A DNA stretch of 64,000 nt from Octopus sinensis (taxonomy: Eukaryota), in NCBI RefSeq assembly GCF_006345805.1, contig NC_042997.1, positions 118,978,001 to 119,042,000 on the forward strand, read 5' to 3'. The notes under the pieces are model-generated. The model searched no databases. It saw only the letters and a program-made list of their open reading frames with translations, and was not told where the DNA came from. Below are positions 12,960 through 25,490 of this stretch, in pieces. Position numbers and translations under genes: made by a program. The stretch's first letter is position 1. Each line of letters starts with the position of its first letter.

Positions 12960-13247
12960 TCGTAGGTTCGATAGTTCGATTCCCGGTGGCGCATTGTTTC
13001 CTTGAGCAAGACACTTTATTTCACGGTGCTCCAATCCACTGACCTGGCAATAATGTTTAGTCCCTGTATTTTAAGGGGGACCAGCCTTGTCACATTCTTT
13101 GTCACACTGGATCTCTTTGAGAAGTATGTGAAGGGGTACGAGTGTCTGTGGAGTGCTCAGTCGCTTACGCGTTAATCTCAAGAGCAAGCTGTTCCGTTGT
13201 TCGGATCAACTAGAAACCTTCGTCGTCATAAGCGACGGAGAGCCAGA
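12960..13247 (+). mobile_element. SINE family C (5'-eroded)
   Basis: AGTTCGATTCCC B-box and CCTTGAGCAAGACACTT core. The tail is shared with 16098-16415 and 24518-24902. Confidence 0.8.
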
Positions 13248-13469
13248 TTTTCACGTGCAATGCCTTTAATCTGTAGAAAGAAACTGTTCATAATTTCTGT
13301 TATACGAAACATGCCTAACAACACGCATTTGTTTATTTTTGTATATTAGTAAGGAAATTACCAAACATTGCTCTCCACTCACATGGTTCACAGCCAGGAA
13401 CACAGACACACACACACACACATACCACAGATACACACACATACATACATACGTTCACAGATAGAAATA

Positions 13470-14503
13470 TTCTTGTGGGAGAAGATGCTTGACAGTGCTT
13501 GGCTTTAAGAAGTCTTGAAGCATGTGTCTCCTTACTTGACAGAGAAAACCTGGGTTTCGCAGTGCTCATTTCGAGTTCACAGATGAACCTCGGTCAGGAC
13601 GACCAGATTCCGCAATTCTCAGAAGACAAAGCCGACGCTATGCACGTCATCGTTCTAGAGGACCGACGGATTTCAGGTGAAGTCGTGGCTGGAATTTCCC
13701 GCAAAAGCGTTGGAAAACATTCAAAACATACTAGACATAAGAAAGCTTTATCCAAAATGAGTGTCGAAATGCCATATCAGAAGCGCATCTGAGTCACAAC
13801 ATCAAAGGCGATTTGGGGCCGGTTTGCTGCGGGAGAGGCTGATATTATGGCTTGTTTGCTTTAGTCAACCTGGATGGAACTTGGCTTCATCATTTTCATC
13901 CCCAGACCAAAAAGCATTCAATGGAGTGAGGTCACAGCGGCTGCATGCCCCCGAAGATGATCTGAATCATGACGTCTACTCAAAATTTTGTGAATTCATA
14001 TTTCTAGGATAAAGACTAAATACTCATCATAAAATACCTTCCAAAATTTCGCACCATCACCGCAGGGATACTACATGCCTCTGTTGGACGAATTGCGTGA
14101 AGCTTTGAAAGCCGAAACACCGTGGAAAGCTGAGAAGTGTTTTCCTGTTTTTGCAGGACAATGCACCAATACACACAGCATATGAAAGTGAACGGAAAAT
14201 AGGCGACTTTGGTCTCGAATTGGTAGATCATCAGCCTTACTCTCCTAACTTGGCTCCCTCCGAAAACCACACCTTTTCACAACTGACGAAACATGTGAAG
14301 GGGAAGAAATTTCACTTCGATTCGGAAGGGCTTACTGCTACAGAGGCTTGTTTGGAGAACCGACCTTCCTAGTTCGTTTCACAGGGCTTAGAGTAACTGA
14401 AGGACCACTGCAACGAATGTGAAGGTGGATATGTTGAATGAAGACATAATTGATTAATCCTCTTGTATTTATCCCAAAGCCAGGAACTTTTCAGCACACT
14501 CCG
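13470..14503 (+). mobile_element. Degenerate mariner (DD34D-type) transposon
   Basis: DEPRSGRP, LEDRRIS, QDNAPIHTA, HQPYSPNLAPS and GGYVE* motifs spread over frameshifts. The 3' end ...GGAACTTTTCAGCACACTCCG is followed by TA. Confidence 0.85.
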
Positions 14504-16097
14504 TATATTCTCCTAATTATGTATATGTTTCTCCGTTTAATGTCATGTCTAATATCACTGAGATCCTAAATTATGAGATGTGTTTCATGAGCGAATATCA
14601 TTAAACAATTTCATGAAATTCTCTAAATTTCATCATCTAAAACGACATTTGTGTCTCAGGAGAGGAAATTGCTGAAGTTTCTATAAAAAGTTCCTCATTC
14701 AACGCAGTTTATTTTTATGCAACGATTTTAAAATTATAAGTTTGAATGTTTTCCCAAAATTCTACCTTGGATCAAATATTTACCCAAGATGATTTATTAA
14801 ACAACCGAGGACTTTAAATTCAGGCATAATTATATTGATCGAAATATGTTTGCTCATTAGGGTTATTATGGAATATATTTTTGTAATATTAACAAACATT
14901 TTATCTCCCCGAGAAGCCATATAAATTAATGTTTCACGTTATTGTAATGAGCTCATTCGATAAAATATAATACATGAAATACGGCAATGTAGCAAAAGGT
15001 ACGAATTCATGAAAATATTTTGAGATACCTATAAATCTTTTCATTGAAAGAAAGTTCAGCTAGATTTAATTTCTTTTCATTTTACTACGAGTCATACATT
15101 ACTTATTGCAAAATCTTGAACCTAATCCCTACATAACTTTATCAGTAATATTGCCTATAATTCTACCAGTAGTTAGAATAGTTTAAATAGTTGTCCTCTC
15201 GCATAGTGATTATTATTTGAAACCGTGTTTGCGCAAATGTTCTCCAAAATTATAACAATGTTACTTATCTGCATATTGGAATATGTACGAAAGCAAGATG
15301 TGTGTCTACACAGGTGCCAATACTTTTAAGTGAACCGTAAAAATATTGGAAAAGTATCCAATTATACCTGCTTTTTAATAGCATTTATCCTCATCGTATT
15401 TAAAACAAAGTACATCATGTTTTAACACGAACCATTATATAAGCATGGCTAACTTTACTGGAAATTGCATTGGAAATTGCTTTTAAGATACTTTTTTAAT
15501 TTTCTTCCAAAAGCTTCACAGCTTAAATGACACTTTCAAACTGGCCAGATCCTGTCGACATACCTCTATATCTAATAACCATATTCAGCCTAATACTAAA
15601 TCTCCTTGTTATTGAAGGGAGCATTTTGTATTTTCTAGCATTTTTATTTTTAGTCTTTTCTGATGCTCTGGGAAACAATTTGTAAAATTACGTCCATTGC
15701 ACAGTTAAGCGTCCTCGCACAGCTGCGTTCCTCTCTATTTCTTATTCTTGGGAGTTTAAGAATGTATTTCAACAGTGCATTTATAGAATATTTTTGTTCT
15801 TGTACTTATATAGCATTTCACTTAATCCTTTCATTTTCCCCTTTTCTTCTATGACATCCTTCTCACAAAACGTTTTGACAAATTGTTTGTCTTGTTAAGT
15901 CATACGTTTCATTCGTTTCTCTTCTGTATCGTCAAAGTATCTTCAGATATTAAAATACTCTCCTTGATCATTGTTATGCGACTTTGATAAAGAATCTTAT
16001 GTTCCTTTTCTCCAAACAGTTTCTAATTTCGAACCGAACAATCCAAATGATTGATTTATGCATACACCGATTCACATATTCATATATATAAGGAAAA

Positions 16098-16415
16098 CCC
16101 CGTCGGTTACGACGACGAGGGTCCCAGCTGATACGATCAACGGAGCAGCCTGCTCGTGAAGTTATTGTGCAAGTGACTGAGCAATCCACAGACACGCGTA
16201 CCCCTAACATAGTTCTCAAGGAGATTCAGGGTGACACAGAGTGTGACAAGGCCAGCCCTTTGAAATACAGGTAAACTCCTTTTTGGCAGCTGAGTGGACT
16301 GGAGCAACGTGAAATAAAGTGTCTTGCTTAAGGATACAACGCGTCGCAGGGAATCGAACTCACAACTTTACAATCGTGAGCTGAATGCCCTAACCACTAA
16401 GCCACACGCCTTCAC
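16098..16415 (-). mobile_element. SINE family C, full length
   Basis: Minus strand TGGCTTAGTGG A-box, GAGTTCGATTCC B-box, and the core and tail of 12960-13247. Confidence 0.85.
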
Positions 16416-16477
16416 AGGTCTATATGTACACACACACATAGATACATATTCACACATATACACATTTGTATATATGT

Positions 16478-16735
16478 GAAGATCCCCCTTTGGTCAGGAA
16501 ATACCATAGGATTGTACGTAGAAAGTTCCCTTCGGAGGCATATGTTCGGGCAAGGTTGCTTATGGATGACTAGCAGTCACCCATTCATACCAGTTTCCCC
16601 TCTCTGCGTCATGTGTGACGTCGCAACTCACTTGTAAAGGACCTTGCTCAAGAGCACAACAAAGCCTCGTCCTGGAATCGAACGTACTACCACATGATTG
16701 TAAGCTCGATGATCTCACCACTAAACCACTCATTT
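16478..16735 (-). mobile_element. SINE family D
   Basis: Minus strand TGGTTTAGTGG / GTTCGATTCC boxes. Tail homologous to 37480-37592. Confidence 0.7.
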
Positions 16736-16782
16736 TCATTATATATACATACACATACACACACACACATACACACACACAT

Positions 16783-16833
<51 letters not shown>

Positions 16834-17540
16834 ATATATACTTATGATTCATATTCTCGTGTGTATAAGAGCGTGTAAATGTGACTGGTATAATTGTATG
16901 TGTTATGTGTTATCATTTACCTCCCCATTTTGATTGTTGGCAATGCTACGTTGTTAACCGTTCGTTCACCCTTTCTTCCCTCTTCTTCCTTTGTCGTTCT
17001 GTCTCTTCCTCTCTATTTTCCTCTCATCTTTTACCTCCTGGCTCTCTCTCTTTTCCCATTTAAAGGAATAAATTCGTTGTGACATTGTCCGATGATTGTT
17101 TTATCATCCATTGACCCCTGATATCTGAGCCAGTTACATCTAGCCAAAAGCCAGTGGAAGTGTCAGTCTACATTCCACATCTTATGGTATTTTTTCTCCG
17201 AACCAAATTTTAAGTTGTTAATACACCTGAAGATAAAAATATTTTCATGATATCATCGAATTATACATCAATAAAAAGCGCGTCTGAAACAGCTGTTGTG
17301 AATATGCAACCCATTTCTGACCTTAATTTATGCAAGCACAATATTTGGAATATTCTCCCTGTTGGATTTAGAACTTGCATTGATTCCTGTACCAGCATGC
17401 TTTAGCGGAAGTGTATGTATTTAAGTATATTTAGATTTATATGTATGCGAATATTTGTGTGTACACGCACATGTATATATAGGTGTATGGATATGTTCGT
17501 ATATGGAAGGGCATGCACAGATATGTTTCTATATGATGTG

Positions 17541-17585
<45 letters not shown>

Positions 17586-18927
17586 TTGTGTAAAACACTT
17601 GCAGGCATGATTTGTATGTATGTGTGTGCGTGCATTGCTTATCGGTGCATAGGCAAATCAATATCTCATGATCCAGAAATCTTGCAGCGGCCATTTATAA
17701 TCCCATACCCCTATAGTGCACTCTTTACCATTCTGAAAAGCGGTGTCGAATACCCATTAACAACACTAAGCTGAGATAACTGCCGAGGACAGAGAGTTAA
17801 AATAATTTTTAATGGAAAGCGAAATATTTAATTTATGGTGATGAGGAGAAATGATGCTTTGGATAAATTTGCCAGTCTCTCGTTGATCCATTTATTGATT
17901 AAAATAAATTTATTGATTAGATGAAAATTCAAGTTTGATTTCATGAGTTCCGCAAACAAAAGAATTGACAAAGTACTGTTTTATACGTTTCCAAGGTCGA
18001 ATTTTTGAAATTTCCATACACATGAATTTTGCATATTTTGATTTTAGGTGTGGTATCAATTAATTTGATTGATGGCCTATGCTTATTCGCAATTCTCATA
18101 TGTGCAAGGATTAGTTGAGATAGATTGAAATAATGGAACTAAGTAAATTGAAATAAATAATGGAATTAAAAAATAATTCTATCTTTGCAACTAAATCCAT
18201 GAATTAAGCAATTGTTTATTTATTTATTGCTTGGATATATATATGCATTAAGCAGGAAATATTTGATTCTCGGAAAATATTATATATGATAAAAATACAT
18301 TCCGAAAATGTTTGCTACACCCTTTCCACAAGATCATAGATTAAGTTTAATATTAATTTTCATAAGATACTTATCATTTATGCATGCTGTTCAATTCATT
18401 GTGATACGTATTGGTTTATTCTTAATCTATGATATGTAACCTCTGTAAGGAAACCCGGGAAAATACATTTATATTTATAAATCCTTTTAACGGTGGAACG
18501 CGAATATAAAGCTGTAAGTAATAGCATGTAGAATATTGATTTAAAAAAGAAACCTTCGATGCCATATTCAAAGAAGGTTTGTGTTCCACATGCAGCCACT
18601 GAATATTTCTATCCAAGCGTTTCTTGTTTGCTCCAATATTCTACATGCGATTATAGCTACATGTACTCTGAATTCCATCGTTTAAAATCTCTCGAAGTCT
18701 TTCAATTAATAAAGCATTTCCCAAATTCTTACGTTAATATTTATATGAATCATAGTTGTATATATCATATACCAATGTATATGCTGCCCCAGCGTGTAAA
18801 ATAACACAATTACTAAATATCAGTATGTATCCTAGAACAGAGTGGAACCAGCAACCTGGTCCAATGCTAATTAACATTTAGTTTGTTTTGTTTCATATCT
18901 CACAAAATCTAACATGCAAATGTCCAC

Positions 18928-19246
18928 GGGCATATGGTGTAGTGGTTAAGAGCGCAGGCTACTAACCCCAAGATTCCGAGTTGAATTCCAGGCAGTGACT
19001 TGAATAATAATAATAATAGTAATAGTAATAGTAATAATGATAATAATAATAATAATAATAACAACAACCACAACATTGAAAAAACTCTTAAGAATGAGAA
19101 CCCAAGTTAGAAATTTCCCCAAGATACCTGAAGAAGGCTGGAGGATACATTAGCCGAAACGTTGTGTTAACAACAATCAAGATGAGAACACATATCCGTC
19201 AAATGTAAATAATATACATAATTCCTCATCTCTTAAATATAGAATT
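18928..19246 (+). mobile_element. tRNA-headed SINE-like element, family E, with internal (AAT)n and a hammerhead-containing tail
   Basis: A box TGGTGTAGTGG (18935-18945), B-box-like GAGTTGAATTCC (18978-18989), (AAT)n, then a tail homologous to 21945-22355. Confidence 0.8.
19123..19168 (+). ncRNA. Minimal type-I hammerhead ribozyme fold
   Basis: GATAC-CTGAAGA-A-GGCTG-gaggatacat-TAGCC-GAAAC-GTT-GTGTT. The core is canonical, stem II has 5 bp, stem III is the palindrome AACGTT, and stem I is GATAC/GTGTT (GACAC in the second copy). Confidence 0.75.
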
Positions 19247-20959
19247 ATGCATTATTTTTACTAGACTTAAAATTTGGTGGGAATTCACCACCATCATTCC
19301 TTGTTCTCTGTGTACATGCGTCTTGAATGTAAATATATAATCCGTATGCTTTTATGCATGTAAGCGAATATATGTTTGTGTTTGTGTGTGTGTATTGTTT
19401 GTATGATTATCAGCATTCTTTTCGCATTTCTGAATCAGGTTTACTAATATTACTTTCCTTTCATGCATTAGTGAAGTCGTATGATTCAAACGGAAAGCTA
19501 ATATCTGTGTTACATGAAGTATACATTATTTCTGAAGGTTTTGTCAATATAAACACGTATGGATTTCTATAGGAATTCAACACATTTGTTTGATAGTTGC
19601 TCACCGACAGAAAAAGACACTGACCAATCCAAAAACAAGATTCCATCGGAATTTACGCAACATCAATTAAGAAGTCAAGTACGCGTGTAAAATTTATGTT
19701 AGATCTGTATGTGTGTTCGTCTGTATATGTAGATTTTTCGGTTATATTACCGGTATGTTTTACCTAAATTTATTTAATGGCTTCTTATTACAATTTTCTA
19801 AATGGCTTTGTTCTTTCTGATTGTTAAGACTGATATATTGATATATTAAGGCTGGCACTGAGAGAGTTAGCCACTAAATTGAATATCTTAATAATCTCAC
19901 AAACAAAATTTTATTCATAATCTGCATTAATCTTTAGCTGGAAGTTGAAGTCAGTTTTCTTAAATTTAAAAAATTAATAATTGGTTTCTGCTTTGTTACA
20001 AGATGCATTCCAATGTTCAAGACCAAAATAAATATTTCGTTGTATTCATATTCTATTAAGTAGTTCATATTCATACCGATTTCCCGTTCTACTATGACGA
20101 AATATGCCTTTCCAAGTACTATACATTATTATAAATCAGTGATATGGATGTTGCTTTCTGTCAGTGACACTGAATAGTATTTCAGCGAGTATATGACCCA
20201 CAGATGAGTTATCTCATTTGAGTTACGTTCTCAGGTAGACAATAATTTGTCACATATTTGTATCGCTTTTGTAAAGCAGACATTCTGTTGCTTCCGTTGA
20301 CACACATATGCACACGCATAATATGCATATTTTTCTTGGAGGCATATGTAAATCTATCCCAATATTCACTAGGTTTACTAGAAATGTAAGGCTTCTTTGA
20401 GTGGAAACACTTCCCGGCATTTTTGAAATTAAGCTTGAGACGATGTATGCTTGCATGTGTATATGTTTGTTTGCGTGGTTGTGATTTCTTCTGGTGTTAG
20501 TAGTATACTCGTCTCTATGGTTCACAATAGGGTGTGATTAATATTTTATGTAATTGGGCGTTTGCATCACGCATGCATATATTTAATTGGGTCCATATAT
20601 AATACAAAGAGTTTTCGTGTGGAAATTATTGGGAACAGTTCAGAAATATTCACTACATCCCACTTCACTGGGAAATGTGCAAAATATCATTCCGTCTTTC
20701 ATAGGACACATTCAGCCTTTTCGGTCACTCACAGCTTCTTATCATCTATCAGAATTAATACATATGCACATATATGGCAGTGACTCAAAAACTGCAGTCC
20801 TAATTAGTGGCAACAGTTTGAATTCGTGAGAAAGATCAATTCTACAACAGTGCCAAAATGTTGTACCATGCTACTATTGAAAAATATGAAATGTTGTTTG
20901 TGCTGTATGTCTGCTGTTATTCGGTTAATCTACCGGTTTATTTTAGAATTTAATGAAAA

Positions 20960-21759
20960 TACAGTTGCAAGATTTCAAAGAAATTCCGGACCATTTCTGT
21001 AGCGCGCCAACATATGGCAGCACACGGCTGCGAGCGTAGCGAGAGCTAGCAGTGATCTTCATAAGGCAGTGTACCGCTACCGAGTAACATCGCTGTCTTT
21101 ATTTCACAAGTTGTGAAATTTTGTGCTTTGGCAATCACGTGTATACTAGTCTGTGATTTCGTCATGGATAGGAAGAAAAAGCATGAAATTTTGCATTAAA
21201 ATTGGGAAATCTGCTACAGAGACATTGCTTAAGTTTCAGTAAGCTTATAGTGACAATGGGTTGTACGAAGTATTTCGAGTGGCGTGGGGGTTTAGTGATC
21301 TGGAAGACTTGCCAGGAGCGTCACGGCCGGAAATGTGATATTCTGCACGTTTTGAAACATTAGAGGGTGGACATTCAGTGAAAGCGATTGGATCTGTAGA
21401 TTGCGAAGAACTGGATTCTTCACCGAGCTCTCCTCACTCGTGCGTTTATCGCCAAAAACAACATAAAATCGCTTCCACACCCGTCATCTTCGCCAGAGTT
21501 AGCACGTGCCGAATTCTATCGCTTCTTTCTCCAAGGTGAGAATGGAGCCCAAAGGTCACCGTTTTGACACCGTTGTCGAGATCCAGAGTGAATCGCAGAA
21601 GGTCCTCGACTAGCTTACCAAGAATGACTTCGATTGCAATAGTGAGAAGAACGCCGGGACTGGTGTATTACTACGCAAAGAGATGATGTTAACTCTTAGG
21701 TAAATTAAGTTATTTTTTTTTTATTAAACTAGTCCGGAATGCGTTCGATACCACATCGT
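20960..21759 (+). mobile_element. Internally deleted mariner-like element
   Basis: HTH remnant KFCIKIGKSATET...AYSD..FEW, C-terminal PHPSSSPELARAEF (cf. PPYSPDLAP), and 3' end CTAGTCCGGAATGCGTTCGATACCACATCG+TA. Homologous to 39890-40650. Confidence 0.75.
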
Positions 21760-21856
21760 ACGGGTGAGCTTTAAATTATATTAATCATGACAAACTTTCC
21801 TAAAATCTTTCCAAGTTCGACAGTACATCTTCAGCGTTAGAAGCTGTGCAAAGGCA

Positions 21857-21859
21857 ATG

Positions 21860-21932
<73 letters not shown>

Positions 21933-22355
21933 TATCAGCAACAACAACAACATCGAAAATTAACCTTAGGAATGGGAACTCCGGTTCGAAATCTCTCCAA
22001 GACACCTTATGAAGGTTGGAAAGCATATAAGCCGAAACGTTGTGTTAAAAACAAACAAGATACAAAATGGCTGACGGTTAGTAAGGAGAGACACAAATAA
22101 GTAAGATGAAAACAAAGGACCACTCATGCGGTCACAGGAGTGTGACGAAAGAACTCTGGCCGAAATAAGATTAAGATTAATGTGAAAAATAAATAACACT
22201 GAAGCAAAGTAACACCAAATATATAGTGCTTGTGTTTTTATTGGCTAAACTAGCAAAATGACCATTCCGAAATATAAAAAGATGATATCAAATATTCGTC
22301 AAATGTAAATAATATAAATAATGTACATAATTCCCCATCTCTTAAATACAGAATT
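21857..22355 (+). mobile_element. Headless copy of family E with a ~215-bp insertion
   Basis: (AAT)n, then a hammerhead relic GACAC-CTTATGA-A-GGTTG...AGCC-GAAAC-GTT-GTGTT (22001-22046). The tail resumes at ~22278. Confidence 0.75.
22117..22161 (+). ncRNA. Degenerate hammerhead-like fold inside the insertion
   Basis: CCA-CTCATGC-G-GTCAC-aggagt-GTGAC-GAAA-GAAC-TC-TGG. Stem II is perfect and the core has two substitutions. Confidence 0.45.
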
Positions 22356-22487
22356 GTATTACTTTACATATATACTCATATTATATATGCTTATTTTACA
22401 ATATACATCTACTGTATGGAAACTTACTTTCTACATACTTAATTTATATATACTTGCTATAAAATATATAGTTACTGTAAAGTTGTT

Positions 22488-22692
22488 GAGCTGGCAGAAA
22501 CGTTAGCACGCCGGGCGAAATACTTAGCACTATTTCGTTTGTCTTTACGTTCTGAGTTCAATTTTCGCCGAGGTGAACTTTGCCTTTCATGCTTTCGGAG
22601 TCGATTAATTAAGTACCAGGTGCGTACTGGTGTCGATGTAATCGACTAGCCCCACCCCAAACATTTCAGGCCTTGTGCCTAGAGTAGAAAAG
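22488..22692 (+). mobile_element. SINE family B
   Basis: GAGCTGGCAGAAACGTTAGCACGCCGGGCGAAAT head and Nin-like core. Confidence 0.85.
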
Positions 22693-22707
22693 CATATATA
22701 TTTACTT

Positions 22708-22743
<36 letters not shown>

Positions 22744-22834
22744 ATTTTAATCCAAACGGGAAACAAAAAAACAACAACAATGGAACAATTACAGTATTAT
22801 TATTAATAGGCGCTCAGGAAAAGGAAGCAGGGAG

Positions 22835-22869
22835 GTATGACGTTTCGAGCGGAGTTCTTCGTCGGAAAC
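22835..22869 (-). ncRNA. Hammerhead-like fold (CCGACGA core)
   Basis: Minus strand GTTT-CCGACGA-A-GAAC-TCC-GCTC-GAAAC-GTC-ATAC. The downstream TTCCTGAGCG is shared with the 5599-5792 element. Confidence 0.55.
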
Positions 22870-23029
22870 ATAAAGAAGGAAGAGAGAGGAAAGAAAGATC
22901 CCAGAGCGGGCAACAGGGAAAGAGAAAAAAGACGACTGGTGTTTACGAGTTGCACATGGTGAAAGGCGGATGTTTACGAAAACAGAGCAAAGTGGGTTTT
23001 TAAAGGCAAAAGAGTGGAGACAAGGTTGG

Positions 23030-24517
23030 TAACGCAACAGATGTGTGTGTATGTGTGAGTGTGTGCGTGGGTGGTGTGTGTATGGTGTGTGTGAGGCGAG
23101 ATGAAAAAACAAAAAAATATATGTGTGTGTTAGTGTGTGCGTCTGTGTGTAGGCGTGTGAGGTAGGGCGAGATAGTGGTCAGCTTAGCAGACAAAGGTCA
23201 GTAGTAAGAAAAAGAAGGAAGGAGGAAGGGAGGGAGGGGAAGGGGTGGGGGCGTATGTAGCGTGCCAGCGTTTGTTGAGTAGTAGTGTGTGTGTGTGTCC
23301 AGTGTCGTGGTGGTATAAATGGCGAGTAGATTGAATGTGTGTAAGAGTAATGTATATATTTAAGCAATGTGTGTGTATGTGTGCGCGTGTGTGTGTAACG
23401 AAAAAGGGGGGGGTAAGGAAAAAGGACTCCAGCTGAGGGAAGATGGAAGAGTGGTCCCGCGGAGGCGGGCGTGGGAAAACCCAACGACACGCGACGGTCC
23501 CAGGAACGGGGGAGGTCTTGTCGGTTCCAAGAGCGAGGTGCTGCTGCGGAGCGTATGCGTACGCGAACCGGCGCAAGCGCGTGCGTGCGCGAGCCTGCGA
23601 GTATGTGCGTAAGTATGTATGTGTGTGGATGTGTGAGTGTGTCTGTGTGTATGTCCGGGTGGCAGTGTGTCCGATGAATGTATGTGAGTATGTGTGTATG
23701 TATGTGTGTGCATAGATGTATGTCCGTGTGTGTTTGTGTGTGTGTATGTGGGTGAGTGTATGTATGTACGTGTGGGTGTGGGGAAGTGTGTGTATGTGCA
23801 TGTGTGTGCGCGTACATACAGGTGTGTGAGTGAGTGTGTGTGTGTGTGTATGATGGTGAGTGTGTATGTATGTGTGTAGGATGCATGTATGTGTATGGGT
23901 GTATGTATGCGTGTGTGTATGTATGTATGTGTACGTGCGTGTGTGTGCGTCTATGCGTGTAGGTGTGCGCGTGTGCATGCATGCATGCATGCATGTGCGT
24001 ATGGGTGTGTGTGTGTGCATGTGTGTGGGTATATATGTATGTGCGTATATGTGTGGTGTGTGTGCGTACATGTGTGTGTGTGTGTATGCATGTGTGTGTA
24101 TGTAGGTGTGTGGGCGTGTGTGTATAGGTGTATGTATGTAAGTATGTATGGGTGTGTCCGTGTAGGTGTGTGTATGTATGTGTGTGTATGTAGGTGTGTG
24201 GGCGTGTGTATATGTGTGTGTATGTAGGTGTGTGGACGTGTGTATATAGGTGTATGTGTGTATGTCTGGGTGTGTCCGTGCATGTTTGTGTGTGTGTGTG
24301 TATGCATGTGTATGTAGGTGTGTGTGTACGTGTGTAATGTATGTGTGTATGCGTGCGTGTGTGTATGTAGGTGCGTGTGTATGTGTGTGGGAGTGTAGGT
24401 GTGTGTGTGCGTGTGCGTGTGCGTGTTTATGTTGGTGTGTGCGTATGTGAGTGTGAGTGTATGGGTGTTTGTCATGCATGTGTGTGCGCGTGCAGGTGAG
24501 TGTGTGTGTAAGTATGT
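23030..24517. repeat. Long degenerate (GT)n/(GTAT)n cryptic microsatellite with a GC-rich island at 23400-23600
   Basis: Direct reading; source of the His/Thr-rich and Val/Cys-rich ORFs. Confidence 0.9.
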
Positions 24518-24902
24518 GGAGGCGCAATGGCCCAGTGGTTATGGCAGCGGACTCGCGGTCATAGGATCGCGGTTTCGATTCCCAGACCGGGCGTTGTGAG
24601 TGTTTATTGAGCGAAAACACCTAAAGCTCCACGAGGCTCCGGCATGGGGATGGTGGTGATCCCTGCTGTACTTTTTCACCACAACTTTCTCTCACTCTTA
24701 CTTCCTGTTTCTGTTGTACCTGTATTTCAAAGGGGCGGCCTTGTCACTCTCTGTGTCACGCTGAATATCTCCGAGAACTACGTTAAGGGTACACGTGTCT
24801 GTGGAGTGCTCAGCCACTTAGACGTTAATTTCACGAGCAGGCTGTTCCGTTGATTCGGATCAACCGGAACCCTCGTCGTCGTAACCGACGGAGTGATTCC
24901 AC
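24518..24902 (+). mobile_element. tRNA-derived SINE with the family C tail
   Basis: TGGCCCAGTGG A box and GGTTTCGATTCCC B box. The 3' ~190 bp is shared with 13060-13247 and 16098-16270. Confidence 0.85.
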
Positions 24903-25019
24903 ACTTACTTAATAATATATAATTTTTAAACGTGGAGGCTTGGCATCATACTTATGAACATAAAAACAAACATCAATATGTATATATGTGTATCTCCTTA
25001 AGTTCATTATGCTACAATA

Positions 25020-25490
25020 ATAGCAGCATGAGGTTCTTTCTTTCTCTAGTTCTGATGAAATATTTGCTAGACCTATAATGGAGTACCCTGTATGTTGAAA
25101 ACCTATATTTTGCATCCGAAATTGAGTTAATGCTTGCATTGTACTATTAAATCGAGCCGCCTGAAACGGCCGTAATGCACTAATTCCTTGGCATCCTTGT
25201 TACTTATGTGAGTTAGGAGCCAACTTCCGTTTCTGAATATCAAAGGTGTATTCATCTCAAATATGATATGCCTCTCAGATATCCAGAATATGCAATTCAT
25301 ACACTCTATATTGCTTGTATCTTCTAGCTGGCAGGATAAATTCTCGCCCATAACTATATAGTGCCTGTTTCTATCCACGCTTTTGTTTAAGTTACGAAAT
25401 TCATCTTTTCCGGGATCACAAGAATCAGCAGTACTCGCCCGGTAATTCTTGAGGAGATCGAACGCTCTATAAAGCTGCAATTATTTAACG
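25020..25490 (-). pseudogene. Degenerate AP-endonuclease remnant (RTE-like LINE)
   Basis: ORF 25127-25480 has IVMGENL (cf. IVMGDFN) and MNT..FR...WLLTHISN, typical of RTE APE domains. Confidence 0.5.

Noticed and set aside
18928-19000. tRNA gene (also 24518-24590 and 16340-16415)
   Set aside because: A/B boxes are present but there is no complete cloverleaf or acceptor stem, and the sequences continue into SINE bodies.
23179-24620. His/Thr-rich 271-478 aa proteins
   Set aside because: Translations of a degenerate (CA)n microsatellite.
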